A stretch of 64,000 nt of DNA. Origin: an uncultured cyanobacterium (lineage in GTDB: Bacteria; Cyanobacteriota; Cyanobacteriia; Pseudanabaenales; Pseudanabaenaceae). The DNA lies in contig OY969811.1 in NCBI GenBank assembly GCA_963703315.1, forward strand, positions 1,056,001 to 1,120,000, given 5' to 3'. Made by a program: the position numbers and the translations under genes. Below the pieces are notes generated by a model. That model was not told the origin of the DNA, ran no database searches, and saw only the letters and a program-made list of their open reading frames with translations. Shown here piece after piece: positions 9,655 through 18,145 of this stretch (position 1 is its first letter; every line of letters starts with the position of its first letter).

Positions 9655-10074
9655 TTACATATTGAACGTTGCAATATCCGCCTTGCCACCACTTTGCACC
9701 ACAATACCAATTTTTTCGGCTAACTTGTTGGGATTCTGAGATTTTGGCTGGCTCAGTTGTAATTGCAAAGCCTCAACCTTAGCCGCTAGCTCTTTATTGC
9801 TAGATAAAAGCGATCGCACCTCATCCAACAACTTCACCACATCAGGATCATCAGCGATCACCTCTACATCAATCACCGCCTGTCCAGCATCAAAAGCTTC
9901 ACCCGCACTAATCGCTTTTACAGTCTGCGTATTTGGAGCCTTACGACTGAGAACAGACCAAAGCGATCTCGCCAGCTTCACCGTCTCATCGGTAATATTT
10001 TCGCCAACCTTAGTGAGAGAACCAGTGCCAACAATTACCAACAAACCCACAATTAAAGAAGAAACTGGCTCCAT
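9655..10074 (-). CDS. Small helical Bell-like putative effector with C-terminal putative amyloid motif
   Basis: Hydrophobic N-terminal helix MEPVSSLIVGLLVIVG, helical body, and tail PNKLAEKIGIVVQSGGKADIATFNM matching NLR residues 34-58. Confidence 0.7.
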   Translation of the reverse strand: MEPVSSLIVGLLVIVGTGSLTKVGENITDETVKLARSLWSVLSRKAPNTQTVKAISAGEAFDAGQAVIDVEVIADDPDVVKLLDEVRSLLSSNKELAAKVEALQLQLSQPKSQNPNKLAEKIGIVVQSGGKADIATFNM

Positions 10075-10111
10075 ATTTACACCAATAATTTAGGAATACT
10101 TTGATTTTAAC

Positions 10112-10546
10112 TCACACATTACTACTAGAAACTAAAGCGATCGCCTCTTGAATAATGCGATCGCGATCGACCATTTCCCCTAACTCCACCGATTCATAAT
10201 GTCCACCGAACGCCTCACCCGCAGCAGCATCTAACGCAATGTCATAGGCATCTTCCAAAGCCTCGCGTAGTTCTGAAGGTTCGCAATAATTTCCTTTAGC
10301 CTTACGCCGTTGGTTAGTACGCTGAATTTCTCGTACCGAATTTTTAATTGAAAGATCCCCCGATCTTGTAGTGCGATTTTCGGCACGTTGTTTGATCAGA
10401 TGGAGTAGCAAGATTTTGGCAAAGCTATATATCTTATTCAGCTTGTCATCCTTGCTCATCTCTGTCATCTCTTCCACTATCAGCAAGGCATCGGAGATAT
10501 TGCCACTGAGCAAAAATGCCTTTAGTTCTAACAACTCTTCCATCAC
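10112..10546 (-). CDS. DUF29 family protein
   Basis: MEELLELK...EEMTEMSKDDK...ILLLHLIK...TTRS.DLSI. Confidence 0.75.
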   Translation of the reverse strand: MMEELLELKAFLLSGNISDALLIVEEMTEMSKDDKLNKIYSFAKILLLHLIKQRAENRTTRSGDLSIKNSVREIQRTNQRRKAKGNYCEPSELREALEDAYDIALDAAAGEAFGGHYESVELGEMVDRDRIIQEAIALVSSSNV

Positions 10547-10699
10547 CTAAGCCTTCTGTGTTAAATCACCCAAATCCATATCACCTGTTACCTTGACATT
10601 CTTCAGCATCGTCTGCTCGACCGAGCCGCTAACCGATAGAGCTGTTTGCTTCATTGATTTTGCTCGAAGGTTTACGCCATCAATATCACTAGCTATCAC
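10547..10699 (-). pseudogene. Unannotated short frame encoding a second putative amyloid-motif tail (effector remnant or stand-alone peptide)
   Basis: GTG at 10699 reads VIASDIDGVNLRAKSMKQTALSVSGSVEQTMLKNVKVTGDMDLGDLTQKA*; resembles NLR residues 9-29. Confidence 0.55.
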
Positions 10700-10726
10700 T
10701 GGTACAATTTTAGGCGCAATTGTAGA

Positions 10727-11323
10727 TTAAACCCGTCGCCGTAGCCAGAAAAGCGAAATTAAGATCAGTCCTGTGAGCAACCCGTAGATTGCACCAATTA
10801 CAAATGTCAAAAAATATCCCAGATGCTTATCAAGCAGAAAAATACCTACTTGCAAAGTGAGATACCAACTAATTGTCGTGCCAACCATCCACCAGTCCGC
10901 TAGTTGAGAATAGGGCTTGAGAATGATCGATTGGGCTATGCCTGTGGTCAAACCACGTAAACAGCTATAGATCGTTAGAAATTCAACCGCATCACCATAG
11001 GTAAGTACTAGCTGCCAACTTGCCCAAGAACTCAGCGTACCGCCCAAAGTGCCGCCGATCCATGTTGCCCATAGCCATCCCATACCGAAGATGTAGTTTC
11101 GGATGACTAACCATTGAGCAAGGGCGATCGCCATACTCATCACAGCAAAAGTTAGCAAAATATTCAGATTGCCTTGCACATAGTCAACCACAAAAAAGCT
11201 GATGATGCCGCCTATAGAATAACTAATGGCATTTGCCACAATCCACAGGGGCAGAAAATTCCAGTGTGGTTTTCCTATGGCTAGCTCTTTTGTCTTAAAC
11301 TTTACTCTAAGTCGTTCCAACAA
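10727..11323 (-). CDS. Multi-pass membrane protein of unknown function
   Basis: Repeated hydrophobic helices with AQWLV/AQSII and WxWAT motifs; probable TTG start at 11323 with GAGG upstream, avoiding overlap with the divergent gene. Confidence 0.65.
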   Translation of the reverse strand: MLERLRVKFKTKELAIGKPHWNFLPLWIVANAISYSIGGIISFFVVDYVQGNLNILLTFAVMSMAIALAQWLVIRNYIFGMGWLWATWIGGTLGGTLSSWASWQLVLTYGDAVEFLTIYSCLRGLTTGIAQSIILKPYSQLADWWMVGTTISWYLTLQVGIFLLDKHLGYFLTFVIGAIYGLLTGLILISLFWLRRRV

Positions 11324-11339
11324 AATTTGAGCCTCATTA

Positions 11340-12356
11340 ATGAGAAGACTATACTTTTTACTACCAGGAACCACAAATAAATTTGCCTGTGGGGGCTTAT
11401 GGGCAGAGCTAAAAACCCTAAAACTAGTGCAGCAAGTTTGCCCTGCGGAGGTAGTCACCTATCGCCAACGCGAACCAGAGCATTTATGGCTAGATGATCT
11501 TCTAGACTCCAATAATAGCCGTCATCATTTAGATGATGCGATTTTTGTAATGAGTTGGGGCTTTGATGTTCCTAAGTTGGCGGCGAAGTTAAAGTCTTTC
11601 AATACTATTTATCACGCGCATAGCGCCGAGTATGGATTTCATCTCCCTGCCACTGTGCCAATTATTACAGTCAGTCGTAATACTCTTGGTTATTGGGGAC
11701 AGCGATCGCCACACTCCTTACTGTACTATTTGCCCAATGAGATTTCTGATAAGTTCCAAAACTGGCAACGCGATCGCAATATCGATGTCTTAGTACAGGC
11801 AAGAAAATCCTCTAGCTATTTAATCAATCAATTGATTCCAGCTTTGCAAAAAAAATGTCGCGTGGAAGTAATCGATTACTATGTTGAGGATTTAGAATCA
11901 CTATTCAATCGTGCTAAAGTCTATCTCTACGACTCAGCCGAATATTGGGCAGTGCAGGGAGTTACGGAAGGATTTGGACTACAACCGATGGAAGCGCTTG
12001 CCTGTGGCTGTCAAGTTTTTTCTAGTGTCAATCATGGCTTATCGGACTACTTAGACCCTGCGTTTAACTGCTATAAAATCGCAGGTTATTCTCAAGAATT
12101 TGATTTGCAACGGATTCTTAAAGCAATCCAGAGCGATCGCCCGTTGTCTCTATCAACATCCGTCTTATCAGAATATCGTGCGGAAAATATTATTCAGCGC
12201 TTGCAGATAATTTTAGAAGAGGTAAATGAATTTTTTGATCATAAGCAATGCTATCGCGGTAATATTCCTGACCTAGATTATTGGCAAATCACCAAACTGC
12301 GATCGCAAAGATTATTGGCTAAACTCAAACAGCGATTACAACGCAAACCTGTGTAA
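11340..12356 (+). CDS. Glycosyltransferase (GT-B, group 1-like)
   Basis: EGFGLQPMEALACGC motif. Confidence 0.8.
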   Translation: MRRLYFLLPGTTNKFACGGLWAELKTLKLVQQVCPAEVVTYRQREPEHLWLDDLLDSNNSRHHLDDAIFVMSWGFDVPKLAAKLKSFNTIYHAHSAEYGFHLPATVPIITVSRNTLGYWGQRSPHSLLYYLPNEISDKFQNWQRDRNIDVLVQARKSSSYLINQLIPALQKKCRVEVIDYYVEDLESLFNRAKVYLYDSAEYWAVQGVTEGFGLQPMEALACGCQVFSSVNHGLSDYLDPAFNCYKIAGYSQEFDLQRILKAIQSDRPLSLSTSVLSEYRAENIIQRLQIILEEVNEFFDHKQCYRGNIPDLDYWQITKLRSQRLLAKLKQRLQRKPV

Positions 12357-12399
12357 TACAAAAAAATGGCGTAGCCATTTTTTTGTATTACACAGGTTT
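12345..12399. terminator. Perfect 26-bp stem, GTA loop; includes the gene's stop codon
   Basis: aaacctgtgtaatacaaaaaaatggc-gta-gccatttttttgtattacacaggttt. Confidence 0.65.
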
Positions 12400-12479
12400 A
12401 AGATTGCGATTTATTTCAATCTGTAACTAATGCAAGCTATTTAAGTCAACTAGAGTAGCCATGATTCCCCACAAAAGCC

Positions 12480-13244
12480 ATGCTGCCAGAATCTAACGCC
12501 CCAATTCCTAAACCTACTCCTCAATTTCCGCAACTATTTAGTGGAATGCTTGCCCTCTCGATCGCTCTTGTCGGTAGTGCCTATCTTGCAGGAAATGCCC
12601 TGCGATCGCTCAGGTCAAATGACAACCTGACTGTAATTGGTTCCTCAACTCGTCCAATTCGTTCAGACTTTGTAATTTGGCGAAGTTCTGTTTCTAGCCA
12701 ACAAGCTACATTACCCCTTGCCTATCAAGAACTCAAACGCCATTCCGACAAGGTACAAACCTACTTTAAGAGCAAAAATATTCCTGAGGATGCCATCTCT
12801 CTAAGTGCGATCGATACGCAACCCATTCCCGAAACTAATAGTAATGGCGTGCAAACAGGTCGCACCATCGCCTATCGTCTAGTCCAGCGTTTTGAAATCC
12901 GTTCCAAAGATGTCGATAAAATCACCGAAATCGCGAGATCGAGTACCGACTTGATTAATGATGGTCTGCCCTTTATCTCCGAACCTGCGGAATATCTCTA
13001 TACCGAACTTGGCAAATTGCGAGTCGATATGATTTCTGAAGCAACAAAGGATGCTAAGGCAAGAGGTGAAGCGATCGTCAATGTCTCAGGTAGTCGCCTC
13101 GGCACAATCCGCAAAGCCGAAACCGATGTCTTTCAAATTACCGCCAGATATTCCACCGAAGTCAGCAACAGTGGCGCATACAGCACCACCACCATCGACA
13201 AAGATATCCGCGCAGTAGTCGCGATTACCTTTGCAGTGGAGTAA
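12480..13244 (+). CDS. SIMPL (DUF541) domain protein
   Basis: N-terminal TM helix; LTVIGSS...RSD; EATKDAKARGEAI...LGTIRKA...FQIT. Confidence 0.8.
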   Translation: MLPESNAPIPKPTPQFPQLFSGMLALSIALVGSAYLAGNALRSLRSNDNLTVIGSSTRPIRSDFVIWRSSVSSQQATLPLAYQELKRHSDKVQTYFKSKNIPEDAISLSAIDTQPIPETNSNGVQTGRTIAYRLVQRFEIRSKDVDKITEIARSSTDLINDGLPFISEPAEYLYTELGKLRVDMISEATKDAKARGEAIVNVSGSRLGTIRKAETDVFQITARYSTEVSNSGAYSTTTIDKDIRAVVAITFAVE

Positions 13245-13277
13245 TAAAAAAGGCGGCGCATCGCGCCGCCTTTTTTA
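13245..13277. terminator. Bidirectional hairpin between convergent genes
   Basis: taaaaaaggcggcgc-atc-gcgccgcctttttta. Confidence 0.7.
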
Positions 13278-14570
13278 AATTCCCAATCTTTGATAAATCT
13301 GATCGAGATTCTTAAGATGTTTATTCGGATCGAAGCAAGCAGCTAACTCTTCTTCAGAAAAAGTTTTCTGCACAGTTTCATCTTCGCTGATCAACTTACG
13401 GAAATCACCGTCAGTTTTATTCCATGCAAGGTGAGCAGCTTTCTGAACGATCGCATAGCTATCTTCACGGCTCAAGCCCTTAGTAACCAATCCCAGTAAC
13501 ACCTGCTGACTGAAGACCACACCACCATAACAGTAGAGATTGCGCTCCATGTTGTGGGTATGCACCAAGAGATTCTTGGTCAAGTCCGTGATTTCTCGGA
13601 GCATGAAGTGGGTGAGGATGCAGCTATCAGGGAGCAATACCCGTTCCGCCGCACTATGGGAAATATCGCGTTCATGCCATAGCGCCACATTTTCCAGAGC
13701 AGTGGTCGCATAGCCACGCAACAAACGCGCCATACCCGTTAAACGCTCGGAACGGATCGGATTGCGCTTGTGAGGCATTGCGGAGGAGCCTTTTTGTCCC
13801 TTGGTGAAATGTTCTTCCACTTCGAGGACATCAGTGCGCTGCAAGTTACGGATTTCGACCGCAAAGCGTTCGATCGATGCGCCGATCAGGGCTAGTACTT
13901 GCGAAAACTCGGCATGGCGATCGCGAGAAATTACCTGCGTCGATGCACAGTCGGGCTGTAGTCCCAATTTTTGACAGGCGATCGCTTCAATGCGTGGGTC
14001 AACATTGGCATAAGTACCAACAGCACCCGAAATTTTACCAACAGCGATCGTTTTATTTAAGTTCAAAAGGCGATCGCGATGACGCAACATTTCCGCTAAC
14101 CAGCCAGCCAGCTTAAATCCAAAGGTAATTGGCTCTGCATGAATACCATGCGTCCGACCCGACATAATCGTGTAGCGATGTTGTTGGGCTTGGTAGCGAA
14201 TCGCTTGGATGGCTTCTTCTAACTGGGCTTGGATGATTTCTAAACTATCGACTAATTGCACTGCTAGAGCCGTATCTAGCACATCGGAACTAGTCAAACC
14301 GAGGTGGATGTAGCGCCCTGCATCACCTACATATTCATTTACGTTGGTCAAAAACGCGATCATGTCGTGCTTGACCGTTAACTCAATTTCATTGACGCGA
14401 TCGGCATCAAAGTTAGCCTTCGCCTTAATTTCTTCGACAGCATCGGCAGGAATATATCCTAATTCTGCCTGTGCCTCACAAACGGCGATCTCAACTTGCA
14501 ACCAAGTTTGGTATTTATGGCGATCCGTCCATAACCGACCCATTTCGGGTAATGTATAGCGTTCTATCAA
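13275..14570 (-). CDS. purB: Adenylosuccinate lyase
   Basis: MIERYT, GRTHG, signature GSSAMPHKRNP. Confidence 0.96.
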   Translation of the reverse strand: MIERYTLPEMGRLWTDRHKYQTWLQVEIAVCEAQAELGYIPADAVEEIKAKANFDADRVNEIELTVKHDMIAFLTNVNEYVGDAGRYIHLGLTSSDVLDTALAVQLVDSLEIIQAQLEEAIQAIRYQAQQHRYTIMSGRTHGIHAEPITFGFKLAGWLAEMLRHRDRLLNLNKTIAVGKISGAVGTYANVDPRIEAIACQKLGLQPDCASTQVISRDRHAEFSQVLALIGASIERFAVEIRNLQRTDVLEVEEHFTKGQKGSSAMPHKRNPIRSERLTGMARLLRGYATTALENVALWHERDISHSAAERVLLPDSCILTHFMLREITDLTKNLLVHTHNMERNLYCYGGVVFSQQVLLGLVTKGLSREDSYAIVQKAAHLAWNKTDGDFRKLISEDETVQKTFSEEELAACFDPNKHLKNLDQIYQRLGI

Positions 14571-14657
14571 GATCTAATCTCTTGGAATAATCACAATTTT
14601 TAATTATAGCAACTTTTCCCAGATAAATGTTTAACACCAAAGGTGTTAAACATTTAT

Positions 14658-14954
14658 TTATTGCATCATCGTCAAAATACCTTGCTGACCAAGTAACATT
14701 TCCCGCAAAAGGCTGAAAATGCCCACACCGATCACAGGAGAAATATCTATACCGCCGATGGGTGGAATTAATTTCCGCAGTACAAACAGTAAAGGCTCAG
14801 TCGGAAATGTAATCAGGCTATAGGGAAATTGCTTGAGGGGAATCTGGGGATACCATGTCATCACGATCCGAAATATATACAGGAGGATGAAGAGTCCCAA
14901 CACAATATTGAGCGCTAAAGAGCTAATGGCGATCGCGTCCACGTCAGTAACCAA
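14658..14954 (-). CDS. YggT family membrane protein
   Basis: RIVMTWYP...PTEPLL...RKLIPPIGGIDISP. Confidence 0.88.
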   Translation of the reverse strand: MVTDVDAIAISSLALNIVLGLFILLYIFRIVMTWYPQIPLKQFPYSLITFPTEPLLFVLRKLIPPIGGIDISPVIGVGIFSLLREMLLGQQGILTMMQ

Positions 14955-15043
14955 TTATAAAAATATAGAACCAGATTTTTGATGGTGTGGCGAAGCCATA
15001 TCATCAAAAATCTGGTTCCTATTTTACCGCGAAGCCTTTATGT

Positions 15044-17914
15044 TTATTTCTCAGCTTTCGGAACTACTGAGACAATCAAGAGATTGTCAGGTTGTAATAG
15101 CTCCTTTGCCGCGCCATTTACCTGTTCTAGAGTGACCGCCTGAATCCGCTGTGGGAACTTATAAAAATCACCCACTGGCAAGCCATAGCTCTCATCACTC
15201 AGCAGCGAACCAGCAATATTATCAGGATCAGCAAACTCCGTTGCGAAGTTATTAATCAAGCTCTTTTTCGCCACATCAAATTCTGCTTGAGTAATGCCCT
15301 TGTCGCGCACATCCTTTAGTAAACCGATAGTAGCAGCGATCGCCTTTTGGGTATCCTTACCACTGGTTTGCATTTGGATGATAAATGCGCCTTGAGGTGG
15401 CTTACCTGCTTGGAAATAGCTATAAATGCCGTAGGTCAAACCAAGGCGATCGCGAATTTCTGTACCCAAACGACTAGCTAAGGTATCACCACCGAGGACT
15501 TGATTAAGCAAAATCGCAGGATAATACCGCGCATCAGCACGGGAAATACTAGGATGTCCTAATAGAGTGATGGCTTGAGTCTTACCCGCCAGAGCGACTT
15601 GTTTCTCATTAGTGGCAGCAAAATTGGCGATTTTGGGGAATTGGAACTTGGGCGCTTGACCAGTGGCTTTCCAATTACCGAGATTCTCTTCTAGTAGACT
15701 TCGCACCTTTGCAGGATCGAAATCACCTGTGATTGTCAAAATCGTACTGTCAGGACGGTAATAGGTTTTATAGAACTTGTCTAAATCTTCACGCTTTAAG
15801 GATTTGAGCGATTCTTCAGTTCTCAACGCATTAAAGGGATGTCCTTGAGGATAAAGCGTGGATTGGAAGATCCGACGGGCTAGAGAGCTAGGGCTATCCA
15901 ATTCCGATTTTAAGGACAATAAATTGCGCTGAAGGTTTAGGTCAAACTCCTTAGCTGGAAATGTCGCATTTTGGAGAAGATCAGCTAATTGATCGATGAC
16001 GACTGGTAAATCCTTTGCCATCGCAATTCCCGATACTCCAACACTTTCTCGTCCTGCGGAGAACCCTAATCTCGCACCTAGATTTTCTAATCGAGATGCA
16101 AGGGTGAGCGCATCTTTAGTGGTTGTGCCATTGGTGATATTTTGGGCAGTAATCCCTGCTAAACCAGCCTTTTCAACAGAATCAAAACCTGCACCTGCGT
16201 TGATTTCACCAACGAGAGTGATAGTGGGTGTACTGCGATCGCGTAATAGCAGCACCTTTAAACCATTGGATAGGGTGAATTTGTCGGGTTTTACCGCAGC
16301 AGGAGTTTCTGACTTCGCCATCAAGGCACTCTCTGGCAAATACTTGGCAACTTCCGAAGGATCAACAGGCGAACTAGGCTGAAAAGCTTCCGAAGAATGG
16401 GCATTACTAGGTGTTGTTCCTGCTCCTGCCGTAATTACTGATGGTTCAAAATATCCGACCACGCGGCGATCGCTTTGTAGATATTGCTTAGCGACACGCT
16501 GCACATCGGCGATCGTCACTTTTTCCACAGCACTTAAGTAGCGATCGCTATAGCGATAATCCTTAGCGATCGCTTGGTTATAGCCAATTTGACTTGCCTG
16601 TGAACTAATATCCCGATTACCGAGAATATAACTCGCTCGCATACTGGTTTTGGCGCGTTCTAATTCCTCAGAAGTAATTGGCTGAGTTTGCAACTTCTCA
16701 ATTTCCGCAAGAATTAGGCGATCGAGTTCCTCTAGGGGTTTACCTGCGGTTGGTGTGGCGCTTACAAAATACCAACCCGTCCCAATTTGGTTGGATGATC
16801 CACCACTAACACTGCTGGCTAAGCCTGTCTGTACTAAAGCTTGATAAAAGCGTGAACTACGTCCCGATGTAAGGACACTATCTAATACATCGATCGCGGC
16901 GACATCTGCACCATCGATGTTAGGGAGATTTGGATAAACCGCTTGTAAAAATGGCACACTGCCAGGTTCTTTGAGGCGAATTGGTTCCTTTGTTGATTGT
17001 GGTTCTGGTGGTTTAGGTTTTTTCTGCTGTGCTTCAGGGGTAATTAAATCTTTGGGCTTAGGAGGAGCCTTAATTGCGCCGAAGATCTCTTTTACTTTCT
17101 TGAGTGTCGCTTGCGTCTCAAAGTTACCCACAATTACCAGCGTGGCATTGTCAGGACGATAAAAAGTACGGTAATAGTTTTGGATATCCTCAACCGTATA
17201 GTTCTCCACATCTGGACGATAGCCAATCACAGGCCAACCGTAGGAGCTATCGGGATAGGCGGCTAACATAAGCTGACGATAAAGCCTTGTCCCCGGACTA
17301 TTATTACCACCATCAAGCTCTGATAAAACTACAGTGCGCTCACTCTTGAGTTCCTTTTCACCTGCGACCGTATTCACCATGCGATCGGCTTCTAGTGTGA
17401 GCAATGCATCTAGCTTGTCACTAGCTGCTGTGGCAAAGTAGGCGGTCATGTCATAGCTAGTAAAAGCATTGGAGTTACTGCCCAAGGCACTAAGTAGTCG
17501 CCCAAACTGGATCGGGCGATCCGTTGTTCCTTTAAACATTAAATGTTCGAGTTGGTGGGAAATCCCTGTAATCCCACGCTTTTCATTTTGTGATCCAACG
17601 CGATACCAAATTTGGACGCTGACTACAGGAGCCGTATTTACTTCCTTTGTTAATACCGTTAGACCATTATCCAAAACTGTTTTAACAACATCGCCTGTCA
17701 GTGAATCATTGGCTGAAGCAGGCGATCGCGTAGAAGTTTTGGCAATTAGTTCAGGTTGAGCAGCTAGGGCTTGGGCGCTCGACTGTAAAAATGATTGCGG
17801 TAAAAATGATTGCGACAAGAGTGGCAAATTACCGAGCATCACTACCGCGATCGCTGTAGCTAAGCCACGACTCAAAAAAGAGAGCATAAAATTACGCTTC
17901 ACCGAGATCTCCAC
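15044..17914 (-). CDS. M16 (pitrilysin-like) zinc peptidase, exported
   Basis: HQLEH inverted zinc motif, NAFTSYD, two M16 halves, signal-like N-terminus. Confidence 0.92.
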   Translation of the reverse strand: MEISVKRNFMLSFLSRGLATAIAVVMLGNLPLLSQSFLPQSFLQSSAQALAAQPELIAKTSTRSPASANDSLTGDVVKTVLDNGLTVLTKEVNTAPVVSVQIWYRVGSQNEKRGITGISHQLEHLMFKGTTDRPIQFGRLLSALGSNSNAFTSYDMTAYFATAASDKLDALLTLEADRMVNTVAGEKELKSERTVVLSELDGGNNSPGTRLYRQLMLAAYPDSSYGWPVIGYRPDVENYTVEDIQNYYRTFYRPDNATLVIVGNFETQATLKKVKEIFGAIKAPPKPKDLITPEAQQKKPKPPEPQSTKEPIRLKEPGSVPFLQAVYPNLPNIDGADVAAIDVLDSVLTSGRSSRFYQALVQTGLASSVSGGSSNQIGTGWYFVSATPTAGKPLEELDRLILAEIEKLQTQPITSEELERAKTSMRASYILGNRDISSQASQIGYNQAIAKDYRYSDRYLSAVEKVTIADVQRVAKQYLQSDRRVVGYFEPSVITAGAGTTPSNAHSSEAFQPSSPVDPSEVAKYLPESALMAKSETPAAVKPDKFTLSNGLKVLLLRDRSTPTITLVGEINAGAGFDSVEKAGLAGITAQNITNGTTTKDALTLASRLENLGARLGFSAGRESVGVSGIAMAKDLPVVIDQLADLLQNATFPAKEFDLNLQRNLLSLKSELDSPSSLARRIFQSTLYPQGHPFNALRTEESLKSLKREDLDKFYKTYYRPDSTILTITGDFDPAKVRSLLEENLGNWKATGQAPKFQFPKIANFAATNEKQVALAGKTQAITLLGHPSISRADARYYPAILLNQVLGGDTLASRLGTEIRDRLGLTYGIYSYFQAGKPPQGAFIIQMQTSGKDTQKAIAATIGLLKDVRDKGITQAEFDVAKKSLINNFATEFADPDNIAGSLLSDESYGLPVGDFYKFPQRIQAVTLEQVNGAAKELLQPDNLLIVSVVPKAEK

Positions 17915-17967
17915 GAAATACAGCTTTTATTATAATCATGCAGTCAGAGCTAGATGGTTTTGATCTC

Positions 17968-18070
17968 TAAGTAGCTAGGCATAAGTAAACTTAAAACCTA
18001 GAAGCTTGTGCCGCCTGCTACGCAGGCGGTGCAAGCTCTGGTTTTGGGTTTGCTTATGCCTAGCTACTTA
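17968..18070. mobile_element. MITE-like palindromic element (family B)
   Basis: Ends TAAGTAGCTAGGCATAAG ... CTTATGCCTAGCTACTTA with central GC hairpin; related copy at 25325. Confidence 0.7.
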
Positions 18071-18145
18071 TTACTTAGATTGATCGCTGGTTGCGAAGCT
18101 AAGCATAATGGGATTAGCTGATAATTTCACTCGACATAAAGTTTC

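Noticed and set aside
10547..10729. Stop-codon readthrough fusing the membrane protein to the motif peptide
   Set aside because: The frames are contiguous, but the stop is TAA with no recoding signal I can see; the in-frame junction may be chance.
11324..11458. Long N-terminal extension of the membrane-protein ORF
   Set aside because: It overlaps the divergent glycosyltransferase; a TTG with an RBS near 11323 is more plausible.
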